From Lama guanicoe (Eukaryota): 64,000 nt of DNA. The DNA lies in assembly GCA_013239625.1 (NCBI GenBank), contig MU053588.1:4058799-4122798 (forward strand). The letters are read 5' to 3'. Below, in pieces: positions 35,296-48,309 of the stretch. Position numbers and translations under genes: made by a program. The notes below the pieces were generated by a model. It searched no databases. It had not been told where the DNA came from and was given only the letters and a program-made list of their open reading frames with translations. Position 1 is the stretch's first letter; each line of letters begins with the position of its first letter.

Positions 35296-35508
35296 GTCCC
35301 TAGTTCATTGTCTCGGGAACTCGCCGTCTGTGTCGGTGGCAGCCTTCAGTGTCAAGGTGACGGGCACAGGCTCTGGAGACGAACTGCCTCCGTTCACAGG
35401 ACTAGATCTCTGACCTTGGACAAGCCACCCAGCTTCTCAGCACCTGCCCATCTGCCCAAGAGCGCAACATCCCAGGGTACCTGAAGGGATTCAGTGAGGC
35501 TGCTCAGC

Positions 35509-35641
35509 GGGGAGGGTAGCGCTCACTGGTAGAGCGCGTGCTAAGCCTGCAGGGGGACCTGGGTTCACTCCCCAGTGCCTCCATTAAATAAATAAATAAC
35601 CCTAATTACCTCCCCCAACCAAAAAAAAAAAAAAAAAAAAA
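35509..35641 (+). mobile_element. Vic-1-type SINE
   Basis: GGGGAGGGTAGCGCTCACTGGTAGAGCGCGTGC...CCTAATTACCTCCCCC plus poly-A. Confidence 0.9.
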
Positions 35642-36045
35642 TGTTAATACTCAACAAATGCCAGTCATCACTGTTACTATTAATTTCATTATTCATGGCT
35701 GTATGGTCATTTCATGAAAGTGAAAAAACACATATTTAACGATGCCATAAAATTAAATAACAATGTAATACCTTAAGATTTTTAAACTATTAATAATGCT
35801 GCGAAAATTTTTTTCACACAGATTCGGCCAACTTGTCTGCTTATTTCCTTTGGGATAAGTTCCAAGAAGTGGCAACTGCATTGTCAACAAATATTTACCT
35901 TTGCTAGTAAAATGGCAATTTTCCCAATCAACTCTTCCAGTAACAGATTGGAAGTGTCCCTGATTCTCCATACTCTGGCCCAAACAGGGTATTATCTTCC
36001 TTCTTAAATCTTGGGTAATTTGGTAAGTGATAAAAACAGCTCTTT

Positions 36046-36167
36046 GGAGGGTGAGGGGTACAGCTCAGTGGTAGAGTGCATGCTTAGCATGCATGAGGTC
36101 CTGTCTTCAATCTCCAGGACCTCCATTAATACACCAAAAAACAAAACAAAACAGAACAAAATTTTTA
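36046..36167 (+). mobile_element. Vic-1-type SINE with TSD
   Basis: TSD AAAAACAGCTCTTT at 36032-36045 and 36168-36181. Confidence 0.93.
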
Positions 36168-37564
36168 AAAAACAGCTCTTTCTAAAAATCCCCCCCCAAA
36201 TCCCACTTATTTCACTTTCTCAAAACATCATCTTTTGATATTTACCCCCTCCCACACATACCGCTTGTTCATTTCCCTTGCTTGTAATCCTACTGAGGTG
36301 ATCTCATGCATCAGTAAGAGTCCTGTGAGGAATACTAAGCCTTTACTAGCACGTATAAATCCCCACCCTCATGCCCCACCCTCACTCCTGTCTCCTGCAG
36401 GTCTCATGACTTTGTATACAGTGTTTTCCTTTACGAGAAGATTTATCTGAAGACCTTGCTCCTCTCTGATTTGCTTTGGCTGGAGTCTTGAGCCTCTATG
36501 TATCAAACAGCTAGTTAACACATCTGGCCAAAAAGAGACAGGCACTCAGAAAAGGAACCAGGTGAGCGGCAGTGCTATTCTCAGAGTCCTCCGTCCACCA
36601 GCCATGCCAGGCACGCACACAACGTGGCCTCAGGTCCCCGCATGGAGTAGTCTCTTCTGCTGGGTCTCCCCATTTACCCTCACTGGACACCTGCAACTCC
36701 TGGCCGAGGCAACGGGAACTGTAGTGTGAGCTGGCCACTGAGTGGATTTTAGCAGGTATCTGAATGCTCACAAATCTGTTCATGTTAAAATGCACCTAAG
36801 ACCACCTCTGTCCTCACACAGATGTCCCTATTGCTGTTAGACTTTTAAAACTGAATGTGTACTTCTTTATACTAACATGTCGATGAATGAAACAGATACT
36901 TAACCATAATACATACATGGTTTAACTTAAAATCAAAGAATCTAGTTGTTCTTGTGTGAAAACAATGAAAATTATTTTTTTCCGAGTTCAGTATCAGTTG
37001 GATTGTTGCACCAAACCATACTTCAGACATTCTAGCCACAAAACATGAGACTCCACATATGAGGAAACAATTGAGTTCCTAAAATTTTAAGAAGAAAATA
37101 GAACTCTCAAATTTCCTGTTTGGGAAGAAAGGTTTATATATGTAGGAAAACTGTCCTTGTAAACATATTAAAATGGTAAAATTCAGAAACCACATAAATA
37201 TGGACAACAGGGGGACATATTGGTAAATCATGGAAAACGACAAGGCCATTTAACTTGTAGATGATATAAAATTCAGTTTTAAACATGCAAGGTGGCACTG
37301 AAACGCTGATAACAAATCTACACGTGCAAACACAAAGGAATGAAAAGGAATGTGGGAAAATGAAAAGTGCTGCTCTGCAAACATGTTTATAATATGGGGA
37401 CTGTTTTTACTTTAAAAAAAATCTATTAAGTTTCATGCTATTATTTGGAAAGAAACAAAAAGCGAGGGCTTTCGGTTCCCTCTTACCCTCCCTGAACAAG
37501 AGGAAAATGTGTCCAGCTGTGAAATGAGATGTCATTGTAAGAAATAAAGGCCAACCCAACTTAC

Positions 37565-37579
37565 CTGGAACTTGGTCAT
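37565..37579 (-). CDS. ZNF235: ZNF235 first coding segment (MTKFQ) in exon 2 (exon 37565-37627)
   Basis: ATGACCAAGTTCCAG|GTAAGT, CCCAG acceptor; spliced CDS 15+127+96+1967 = 2205 nt, 734 aa. Confidence 0.92.
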
Positions 37580-38669
37580 TTTTTCCCTCGTCCTTCTGGT
37601 GGCAGGCAGGGCTCCGGGAAGACAAAACTGGGGAAGGGAAAGCTGAGATGAGAGAGATGCTGGAGATGTGCTAGCCCACACGGTACATCAGGTGAGCAGG
37701 AAGAAGGGCCCTTTTCTCTAGGCAACGCAGAGCCAACATAACCTAGTGAGAACAGAGGCTGAATTCAGCTTCCTTAGCTCATGAACAATCTATTAACAGC
37801 CCTAACCCAAGTGCTTCTTGGAGCTCCCAGGGTATTCCTGAGGCTGGTTATCAAGGAAACGAGAGACAGGACAACTTAACCGGGCCCAAACACCTGGGTT
37901 CAAATTCCGGCATTTCTCCTTAATTACTTTCTCCTTACTAGTAGCACGTTATTAACCTCCAGGTGCCTCAGTCACTTGTAAACGGGTGTAGTAATGCCGG
38001 TGTTCCCCGTTCCCTGCAGCTTCAGACAATGCTTGTCCTCTTATGAGTCCCAGAACTGCCTTTGCGAATATGCTTCACGAAAATGAATCTTAAGAAACAC
38101 TGAATTCAGAGATGACTGCTCTGTCCCTTGAGTCACCCTTACTCTCAGAAACGTCAAATTCTGACCGGTTGTCTCACAGATAATTTGTGTTGCTGTTAAT
38201 GAACGTTAAATTGCCGTGGATTTTTTCCCCCCTTAAAAGGTGTAACTGCTTGCACATGTTATTAAGCTGGAAGAGCTTAAGATTTCTTCTCCCACTTGCA
38301 TGAAGGTAAACAATGACCAATAAAAACCTAAGACTAAGAAATCGCGTAGCACTTAAATTAACACCACGAGGTTATTATACCATACTGAACATTCTTTATT
38401 AAGGCCTCACTACACTGCAGGCACTCTTGTAAAGCCGTGATCACGATGATTTCTCAGTCTGAAATAAACCACAGAGGACTTTTTCCACGATCCAGTTGAA
38501 GGTAACTCTCCTTCCTAAACAAAGGTCTAGAAAGAGTCCAGGAATCCAGGAATAGCCCCACATCAGTGACCAGGGGACAGTGGGGCTGTAGCTGGGGCTC
38601 CGACCCCATCCCGAACTCGCAGGCGCTTCCCAACAGGACGCCAGAGTATTATACTAGAACCTATGATAA

Positions 38670-38820
38670 CAGCCCACATTTTACTATGCACGAGGCACTA
38701 TTTTTAAGCCTTTCATATATAGTCTCACTTAATTCTCAAAAGAACACCACTGGAGAGGAACTGACTGGAGGAAACTGAGGCAGGGAGAGACTAAGTAAGT
38801 CGCCCAATATTTCACTGCAA
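38670..38820 (-). mobile_element. MIR in ZNF235 intron 1
   Basis: GAGGAAACTGAGGCAGGGAGAGACTAAGTAAGTCGCCCAA. Confidence 0.7.
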
Positions 38821-38824
38821 GAAG

Positions 38825-39230
38825 GACGCAGAGCTGGCTGGTCCTGGAGGAGGGCGCGGGGAGCGGAGAGCGCGGGAGATCCGCACACTCGATGCACGAC
38901 GCCAGCCCGCCCCGACGCCGGAGGTCCGCCGGGGGGGTGCACGCCGCCGCCGCGGCTCTCTCCCCGCCCTCCGCAGCTTCCCTTTCCCAGGGGCGAGGAC
39001 CGGGGCTCCGCTGGCCCTACGCGGAGGCCGAAAAGGCTCGGAGAGATTGGAGGGACGCGCGGGGTTAACTCACCTCACTGGAAGCAATCGCAGTAGTGAC
39101 CTAGCCTTCCTGGAGCGGAAGCGCCTCTGGCTACACACCGTTCCCGGACTACATTTCCCAGAATCCCCAAGAGGGTGCGCCTCCGCGTTAACATACCTCG
39201 GGGACTACATTTCCCAGGATGCAGTTCGCA
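38825..39230 (-). promoter_or_regulatory. ZNF235: ZNF235 CpG island, non-coding exon 1 (donor at 39073) and promoter with ETS and two ZNF143 (SBS) motifs
   Basis: CpG-dense; GAG|GTGAGT on the minus strand at 39068-39076; CGGAAG at 39116; GGACTACATTTCCCAGAATCCC at 39146 and GGACTACATTTCCCAGGATGCA at 39202. Confidence 0.85.
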
Positions 39231-39539
39231 GGAGCCTTGGCTTTGGTTTTGACTGTAGAGCTGGTTTGGTTTGAGAGTCTGTTCTCCGGTGCTATTAATT
39301 GTCAGATTCTTTTTCGTTTTATTCATTTCTTGAAGCTCATGAGATAATAATGTAAGAAGATAGTTGTTTGGGTAACAACTCAATAATTGCGAATTTTAAA
39401 AAATGCGGCCGTATAAGAGAGAAAAGCGGGGCTTGCGCTACAAGTCAGTTAAAAGCCAAAAACTTTAGGGGCAAAGGGTAGACTAAAAAATGGGAAACAT
39501 AAAAGTGATCTAGGCTGAGCTGAACTTAAGGAACACTGG

Positions 39540-40120
39540 ATTTCAAACTTGTTTCGGATGCTGGCTCCCCAAATATCAGCAATAAAACCTGTTAACGAGA
39601 TAAGAACGTAGTGTATTGCTTACCGCGGCAAGGGAGAAACGCCACCTCGACAGAGCTTTGGCACCTTGATAAAGTGTCGGGGGAGCCAGGAAGTAGGGTT
39701 GGAATTTACTGAGACTTGGAAGTTTGGTTTAAGGTGGGTCTTTCAATGCAAAAGACTTGACTGGGACTGCGTGAAGGTCATGATGCTACAATCCAACATT
39801 GACGGTACCAGGAAGGATTTTTGTAGACAACGAGTCTACAGGTGCAAACTGTCGATGCTTTCTTTTGAAGAGATGGTAGAGTTGATGGGTGTTCGTGGAA
39901 GTTCCTGTAATGAACAATCCAGCAATTTGCTTGGGCAAGAATTTCCTGGAATAGTAAAGGTATGCTAATAAAACTGAAGTTATGTTCATGTACCCAGTAA
40001 ACGATGGGAGGAAAGGTAGGAAATCTGTCTTCATTGTCCAAGCTGTGCGTCTTGGGGAGAGGGGGGAGGGGTTGAAATGAAGTGTTTTGACTCCTTTGCT
40101 TCCTTTATTAGCAAAGCACT
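39540..40120 (-). mobile_element. Probable old ERV1-type LTR just upstream of the ZNF235 promoter
   Basis: TATTGCTTACCGCGGCAAGGGAGAAACGCCACCTCGACAGAG resembles antisense MER89/MER90-like LTRs; family uncertain. Confidence 0.45.
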
Positions 40121-41564
40121 TAAGGGTTCTTGAGCTGTTCATTACCATACGCTAAGAATTTGTCGGCTATCTATACACACGTTGATTAAAGTACAAACAG
40201 GAATATCTTTAACTTCAATTTTTTTTTTCAAATATAGTGATTGTTATGGCAAACGAAAGCAGCTCCATTGCAAGGAATTTAAGAAAATATTGTGACGTGT
40301 GCATATATAAAATCCACAGTTGTTTTCTAACGCAAGTTTGGCTTCAGATATTTGATTACATACTTCTAAGTTCTGCTCCTGACAAATAAAGTGTCCTGTG
40401 ACTGAATAAGCCAAGTGAACAAGGACGTGATGATTTTTCTCCTAGGCAGGAAATGTATTTTGTAGCTTTTTATTATGAAAGTTTTCAAAAGAGAGAACAG
40501 TAAAATGCACCCCATATACTCATATCCAAAATTCAACTTAATTTTAAACATTTAATTCATCTATCACTATTATTTTTAGTTATAGTAGAATTTTGAAACA
40601 AATCCCCGACATCATGTCTTTTCACACCTTGTTAAATATTTAAAAAATAAAAATATTCTTTCAAAACCACAATACCCTTATCATGCTAAATAAAATAATT
40701 ATTAATTCTTTAATATTTCCTAATATCCAGTCTGTTTTCAGATTTTCCCCAAACCCCCTCATCAGTGGTTTGTTCAAATCAATGTCCAGAGTCCATTCAT
40801 TTTATTTGTTCAGGTGTGTTTATTCTTGAATACTATCCATTCACTTCTTCTTACAGAACTTTGACCTGTTGAGGAATCGGGTTGGTTGTCATGATGATCT
40901 ACATTCTGAATTTCTCCTGTTTATTTTTCATATCATTAGATAGTTTCTTCGTCTATTCTGTTTCCTATAAAGTAAAATTTAAATCTAAAGGCCTGTTTAA
41001 AGTTCATCTCTTTTGATAGAACACGTCATAGATGGTACTGGAAACATCTGAGCAAAGACCAGTTGAAGCCACTTCAAATCCTTGGCAAAGCACTTCTAAG
41101 GAGGAAAAATAAAAACAGTAAATATGTGAAAAATAGTGGTTTTAAAGAACCATTTTAAGGAATCAGATGAAAGGATTTTGCCGAAAAGTAGAAACATTTG
41201 GTAATAATTGTTTTGTAGTTTCACATATGAAACAGGATTAACTCAATAATAGGAAAGATAATTTTCAGATAAAGATTACTGCCAAATTAAAAAATACAAT
41301 GGAGGCTTCTACTTTGACTAGTGGCAAAATAGGTATTTCCCATTAACTAGACACATAAACACAAAAAAAACACATACATACACACACACACAAGGTCTGT
41401 CTGTAAGAAAAGAACGCGTGGAGAATGAATTAGCAGCCCAAAATTCAGGAGAATAGGGAAATCTAGAGAAGAGAGCCAGTTACAGGAGCCACTTTTGCCC
41501 TGAGAGGCACTCGCCAACTCAGGAAACTGTAAGGCCAAGAAACAAGGCACTTGTCCTGACACAA

Positions 41565-42136
41565 TGATGGAGCTACGGTTATAAAAGTTGTGTCACCCAT
41601 ACCAGGCCCTGAGAGTTAAAGGAGCCTTGCCTTGATTTACCACTGTGTTTGTTTCAGAAGCACCAGAGCTGCTTCGCACCTGCGCCATATGAGATGAAGT
41701 GATCAACCGTCCTGAACCAGCTCTGACTTCACCACAGGGACGTGCCTGTGCAGATGAGACCTGACGGTGTCCCAGGGTTACCTTCGCTTCATTAACGTGC
41801 TAAGAGATCTCTGCCCAAGGAAGGGGCTTGTATTCTGCTGGGCACAATTCCAGCCGGGTGCCGAGAAGCCGGGAAGACTGCGCATGCCCCGGCTGCCCAC
41901 ACCCCACCCCCTTTCCTAGAGCCCTGATGACGTATCTGCTTCTAACCCTTAAAATCGCCTTATTCCCCTCCCTTTGGGGAAAAGGTGTTTTTAGATCAGG
42001 AGTTCCCCTTCTCCATTCCCTGATTAATGAGTAAAGTTTCTGCTCTGCTATACTGAACCTGATTTCACTTAATTGCATTTGCAACTTCAGACAAAGGACG
42101 CATTGAGGGGTCAACAACCAGTTGGGGATGGGTAAC
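41565..42136 (+). mobile_element. Solo ERV LTR
   Basis: TG start, TATA-like CCCTTAAAA, AGTAAA poly-A signal, GGTAAC end; LTR-like composition within L1 fragments. Confidence 0.6.
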
Positions 42137-42464
42137 TGTTGGAGTCCAGTGCCTCCCATGAGCAAGGAACTAGTAAAACTCCTATGTTTTGTGTTGGACA
42201 CCAAAGCCCACTGTACCCTAGCGGGGAGAGTGAAGGGGTATAGATCTGCTCTGGTGGGGCTGAAGCATAGCCCCAAATCAGCTGGTATCCTTGAAACTGG
42301 ATAAAAGTAATCTTTAATCGCTAATGCTCTCAGGCATCTAATAGTATCAAATAAAAATCCTTTTTGGAAGAAAAGATATGACCCTAAGCCTGAAATTACT
42401 TTGACAAAATTTCAAATACAATATTAATATCAGACAAAATGTATTTTAAAGCAAAAAGCATTGC

Positions 42465-42935
42465 TAGGCCATGCAAGTTGCACATGGGTGTTCATAATTA
42501 TTTATAACAGACAAAAAGTGGAAACTACTCAAATGTCCATCACCCGATGGATGGGTAAACAAAATGTACACCCATAGGATGGAACATAATTTGGCCATAA
42601 AAAAGGAATGAAGTACTGATACAAAGATGAACTGTGAAAACATTATGCTAAGTGAAGCCAGCCCAAAAGGCCACACAGTGTACGATTCCACGTATATGAA
42701 ATGTCCGAATTAGGCAAATCCATAGAGACAGAAAGCAGATTAAGGGTTGCCAGGGGCTTGCGGGGAGGAAGAATGGGGAGTGACTGTGACTGGGTGCAGG
42801 GTTTCATTTAGGGGTGATGAAAATGTTCTGGAATTAAATGGTGATGGTTGCACAATTCTGAATATACTAAACCCACTGAATTGTACATTTTAAAAGGGTG
42901 AATTTTATAGTATGTGAAGCAGATATTAATAAAGA
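42465..42935 (+). mobile_element. L1MB-type 3' end
   Basis: AAAAAGTGGAAACTACTCAAATGTCCATCA...GGGGTGATGAAAATGTTCTGGAATTA...AATAAAG. Confidence 0.88.
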
Positions 42936-43101
42936 TGCTTTTTTATTTTTATTGAAGTACAGTTACAATGTGTCCATTTAAGATGTTTTGAAAGAAAGCA
43001 TTGTTAGAAATACCCTTCATATTGATAAAATGTTAAATTCATCAAGAACATAAAATAATTCTAAATTTGTATGCACCTTGTATATTTGCATATTGTTAAT
43101 T

Positions 43102-43808
43102 TGTATAATAAATAATTTGGCTGGCCTTTGTCCGAGCTCCTGGGAGGTAGTGGAGTAAGTCTTTGTTATTCCTGGCATTACACCTGATAGGTTATGCTAG
43201 AGAGATGGATTATGGTGGGTCCCTGGACATGACTACGCTAAAGACATGACTCAGGATGAATGCTGATCACCCCAGAGAGACCAACCATGTGATTTGAGGT
43301 TTTTGAGCCAGGTGATACTAGTCTATGGAGAGAAAGGAGGATGAAGATTGAGTCACATGGTCAATGATTCAGTCAATCATGCTACATAATAAAGCCCCGA
43401 TAAACTCTACAGACGCTGGAGCTTGTGTGAGCCTCCCCAGTTGGCTGTCCTCTGCACAGGGCTACACACCTGTGTGCTGGGACGGTAATGTGTCCAGACG
43501 CCACGGACAGAGGACAATGGAAGCCTTGCATTGGGAACCCTCCCAGACCATGACCCGTGTCTCTCCCTTTGGCTGGATCTGATTTATACCCTTTTGCTAT
43601 AATAAAACTGTAATTTGTGAACATAGTGCTTTCCTGAGTTCTGTGAGTTGTTCTAGTGAATTATCGAACCCGAGGGATTAGTGATCAGAAGTGAGGGTGG
43701 AATTGGAACCCCTGAACTGGAAGCTTGACTGGAAGTCTTGTGGGGTCTATGTCCTCAACCTTGAAAGTCTGATCTAAGTTTGGGTGGTTGGCATTAGAAG
43801 TCATTGCA
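43102..43808 (+). mobile_element. MER21-family LTR
   Basis: ACCAACCATGTGATT, CAATGATTCAGTCAATCATGC, GCTTTCCTGAGTTCTGTGAGTTGTTCTAGTGAATTATCGAACC. Confidence 0.85.
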
Positions 43809-45360
43809 TCCCCTAATAATATGGGGGAATACCTCCATGATCTCAGGGTAGGAAGTTTTCTTAATAAGTACATATAAAATCCACTAATCATAAAAGGAAA
43901 GACTGATATTTTAGACCCTATCAAAATTAAGGACACATCTATTCATCAAAAGACACCATTATGAGACCTCACTTTAATAATGAACAAATATATTTTTAAA
44001 ACCCCATTTCTAAGACAGTTGGGAAAATAAATATACTAACTGGAATGTTTGATGAGGTTACTTGAATTTTAAAAAATGATAACAGGATTATTTCAGAAAA
44101 CTGAAGTTCAGCATGTATGTGTGCGTAAGTACGTGGATGTGCATGCACACGCACACACACACAAACTGGTCTAAGCCCCATCTCCAATTTAACAATGGAA
44201 AATCTCAGTAGATGAATTTAAGGGGAGGACTGCCAATGATGAGAGCAAAGACAGTAATCTCTAAGAGTAAGTAATAGAAATTTCTCAAAACACAGAGTAG
44301 AAATACAACCAGTTGGAAATCAAGTTGGGAAGAGAGGAGATTTGAAAGATACATCCTGGAAACCTATCATGCGAGTAAAAGGAATTCCAAAAATTGAAGA
44401 AGGGAAGAGAAGAGAAAATAATTAACTAGATAATGGAAGGACACTGTCTTGAGCTGAAGAAAGAAGTAACACTGCAGACTGATAAGGCTAGCTACCAAGG
44501 CTCATGCCTGGATTGATGAAAAAAACTCCCACCTGGGCATATCTGGGCAGAATTCTGGAATTCTAAGATTAAAATGAAAATCTTAGAAACCCTCAGGCAG
44601 AAAGAACAAGTTACTCATAAAAGCAAAAGAATCCATTGATACTGAACTCTTCCTCTACAAAACAGGAACACAGAAGAAGGGAGGAGCACTCCCACATGCT
44701 AAAGAGAACAGAACAGCAAGCCAACAGTGTTCTACTGAAGCTACGTGTCATTTACTTGTCAGGGCAAAAGGAAGGATCGGCCTGAACCCAGAGAGTACAT
44801 CCCCACAGGAGGAAAACACACAGAATTGCTAACCACCAAATGCTGCCTGCGGCTGTGGCTCCCGAGAACTATAAGCCCGAGGAGAAGTACCAGCCTCACA
44901 ACCTAGATGGAGCCAAGATGCCCTCTGGTTCTGTGCTTGTTTCAGCTACTCCCATATCATCAGGAAGCAGCAGCTCCAGACTATCATCTTATAAACCAGG
45001 AGATGCTGGCAAAGAAGACCAGTCCAACATCCTGCTCATACAGCAGAGGCTGCACCCTGTGAGAAGCCGGGTCACTGTCCTGGCCCCCAGATCCAGAGCG
45101 GTGGTGAGACTCCACCCCTGAGGAGAGGCAGGCCATAAGGACCACAGCCCTGTGGCTCTCCCTAAGGGGAATGACCTTATTTGAGAGTGTGGGTGAGTTA
45201 AACTTCATAATGTCAGAGATCCCACTTTACATACATTTATTGCTTTAGTAAGATGAAGTTCATTGCAAAATTAAAAAATAGAAGAGAACTATATTGAATA
45301 CCTTCTAATGGCCTATATTGACAAAGAATATGACAAGGAATATACATGTGTGTCTGTATG

Positions 45361-46006
45361 TGTTAGAGCAGGCAGAGAGCTAGATATGAGCAGAGGAAGG
45401 GGGACACAGACCAAATGGCAGGAATTGGGCAGAAAGGAGGGGCACAGGCCAAATGCACGAAACCACACATCATGTAAGCAGCAGGGGTCCCTGGGCAGAG
45501 AAAGAAAAGCAGGAACTTTGGGGCTGATAAGGGGCCACACCTTTTGGCCTGAAGACCAACAAAGAAAGGTGAGAAAAGACAGGAATTTCCGGCGTCTGAA
45601 TGTAACCTTTTGCTCATTATGCCCTCATTTCAATAAAATTAGCCTTGCAGATCAGAAGTACTCATCATGCACTGATGCCATGACACTTCTGATCCAGACT
45701 AAATAAGGACGAAAATCCCTCCTCCCTTTGGGAAAGTGGAGTTGGGATGATATCAGGAAATACGACCCCCAAGCCCTTTCCTCCTCAATGAATGTTCCAC
45801 TCATTCATTTTTACACCGTACGTACCTAACTTGCCAAAGAAACTCAGGGCAGCTGCTCACCTGAGCCTGCCCGCTCTCTCCTTGAGAGTGTACTATCCAT
45901 CCTTTAATAAACTCTCACTTTACTTTTTTAACCTCTACGTCTTGTCTCTGAATTCTTTTTGGGACAGGACAAGAACCTGGAACACCAGTTGCATCCACAG
46001 GCAGCA
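45361..46006 (+). mobile_element. Young solo ERV1-type LTR (646 bp) with perfect 4-bp TSD
   Basis: TATG|TGTTAG...GCAGCA|TATG; AATAAA near 45906; inserted in an L1 3' UTR fragment. Confidence 0.9.
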
Positions 46007-46639
46007 TATGTATAAACGAATCACTGGACTTGCAGACCGCAGAGACACATGTTAAACATTTTGAAATATACTAACTCCTCTCCAGAATTCATGCATTTTT
46101 TACAGCTACTTATAGAGGCAACTATGTAAAAATGTCAAGCCTACTCCAATAATGTAAACATTTGAAAATAAAATGACCAAATGCCAACAATTAAAAAGAA
46201 TTTTTTCCCCTTGGGGTCTGGGAGGTAGAATACTGGATAGGGAACTTGACAAAATTAATATTCAAATCCAGCATAGCTGTACCTAAGAAGTGTTAATGGA
46301 AGGAATGCTATGGTAGTCTGAATACAGTTACATCAAAGCTTCCTGAAAATATGAAGAATAAAACAAGCCAACTATCAAAGTTTTACTATGACAACTTTTG
46401 TCATTAGTAACTATTTTTGACACTTCCTAAGTGTTATAATAAAATTCTACTTGAACACTCTAGTGGGTCAAAAGATTCAAGTGTTATGGAGTGTCCTCTT
46501 ACTGAAATAAACAAATAATTTTTGTTTATGTTACTGAAATATAAACAAAAATAATTTTTAGTCAGGTTATACCATCACAAAAGTCATAAAGGATAGCTGA
46601 ACTCAAATTGTTTACAAGTGATGGAATATGAAACAGAGC

Positions 46640-47215
46640 GCCAAATAATAAGAACTCAACTTGAGAAAGGTTTTATAAATTAGCCAGAGATAGACCCTGT
46701 GTATCAGCCCTAGAGTGTTTACTTCTTCATAGCAGGTTGGGACCATTAGCAAGAAAACCTGCTGGTGCCAAACTAAAATCCTTTCATAGCCAATTATTTT
46801 AACAGCCCAAATAAGCATATTGTTAGTCATTTAGAGCCTGCTTATTTTGTATACTCTGCAAAACTGCATCCAACATCTGCTAGCCATAAAGACAAACCCG
46901 GGAGCTATAACAGACCTTCAATAGCCGCTGCCTTTAGGAGTTCCCTGACCCCAAGATTCTGCCTTGGACTGCCACCGAGCAACATAACTTGGACCTGTAA
47001 GTCCCACTTCCCCTGGGAGTTCCCCTGCCCTCTCGCTCTTCTCGGCGGTGGCAGCCACACACTGTAGTCTTTGCGAGGTCTTGTGCTGTGAGACTTCCCC
47101 TCGCAGATGCAATCCTGTCAAGCACCACCTAAATGAACCGCACCGTGTGCTACTGCCACTTCTGGGGGTCATATCTTCTCCCTTCATCAGCCCTGAGATC
47201 TTTTAACTCACTGTA
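46640..47215 (+). mobile_element. ERVL-type LTR (MER74/MER73-like)
   Basis: GTGTGCTACTGCCACTTCTGGGGGTCATATCTTCTCCCTTCATCAGCCC...AACTCACTGTA terminus. Confidence 0.7.
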
Positions 47216-47390
47216 CGAATACAGGCTGGGGAGAGAACTGGGGCCAATCACAATAGTGTAAGACCCAACCAGATCATGCAATGCCATTGGTCTTCTGCAT
47301 TTTGCCTGTTTACTTAGTTTTTGCAGGGCTCTTCTGAATAAACTTTATATGAAAAATTTGAGATGAACTTAATATAATTTTCTCCCTTTT

Positions 47391-47501
47391 ACTCATATAA
47401 CAAACAAGATCAGCATATGTACAAAGCACAAAGCAATGGTAAGTCTATGCAGCTTCAGCAATGAACAAGGCTCTGTCCTCTGAACACTTACTGGAAACCA
47501 G
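47391..47501 (-). mobile_element. L2 3' end in the pseudogene's former 3' UTR
   Basis: ACTCATATAACAAAC...CAGCAATGAACAAGGCTCTGTCCTCTGAACACTTAC. Confidence 0.55.
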
Positions 47502-47699
47502 TTTTTGTCATCACACTTTTAAGCACGTGATCATAGTCATTCTTTTTAATATCTCCCTCCTGAGTAATGTCTGATAAATGTCAAAGTTCTGACCAGTGTC
47601 CTTAGTGTACACTTACAACAGTTCTCTGCCATGTAGGCTCTTAACCACTGGGACATGTCCAGCTATGGCCAAAACACTGACTTTGATGAAAATATTTTC

Positions 47700-48260
47700 T
47701 CTCTCTTGACTTGACCACATGACTTGATGAATTTAGATCTCATTTCAATCTTTTAAAGACACCATTTCATACAACTGTTTTCCTATGTGGATCCTCTGAT
47801 AAAATTCATACCACTCTCATCACTTCTTCAAAAATTTATCTTGGATAAATTAGATGATTCACAAAAGTCGACCTCAAACTGAAGCTCTTACCATATTATC
47901 TCATAACTGGAAATTTTTTTTCCTGTGTGAACAGTCTGATGACCCTGAAGTCGCAAAAACCATCTGAAAACCATACTGTATACACTTTTGTATTTGTATG
48001 GCTTCTCTCTGGAGTGGATACTATGATGAAGCTGAAGTCTTGAGGTGTAACTGAAGCACTTAGAACACTCCCTCTATTTATATTGTTTCTCTTCCATGTG
48101 GACTCTCCAATTAATCCAATGCCCTACAACCAGCATGGGTTCTCTGGGAGGCTTGAAGTTGTAGTCTCTGGCAGAACCTCCACCCACACTTCTCCCATCT
48201 GAATGTTTTCTCTTCACTGTTGTCTCTCTGATGGACCACAATGGCCTGACTGGAGCTTGA
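47700..48260 (-). pseudogene. Decayed C2H2 zinc-finger array (KZNF pseudogene)
   Basis: Minus-strand translation with stops and frameshifts: WRVHMEEKQYK*, ECSKCFSYTSRLQLHHSIHSREKPYK, FRWFLRLQGHQTVHTGK. Confidence 0.85.
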
Positions 48261-48309
48261 CAGGTTCCTCGTGCTTAAAGACTTAAGGTCTCCAGAGACA
48301 GAACTTTTC

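Noticed and set aside
44864..45293. 10-bp direct repeat GAGAACTATA as the TSD of a retrocopy
   Set aside because: The second copy is part of a standard L1 3' UTR motif (also seen near position 74), so it is probably coincidental
46499..46560. Short AT-rich tandem duplication with a hairpin (ATAAACAAA/TTTGTTTAT)
   Set aside because: Low-complexity slippage product with no support for function
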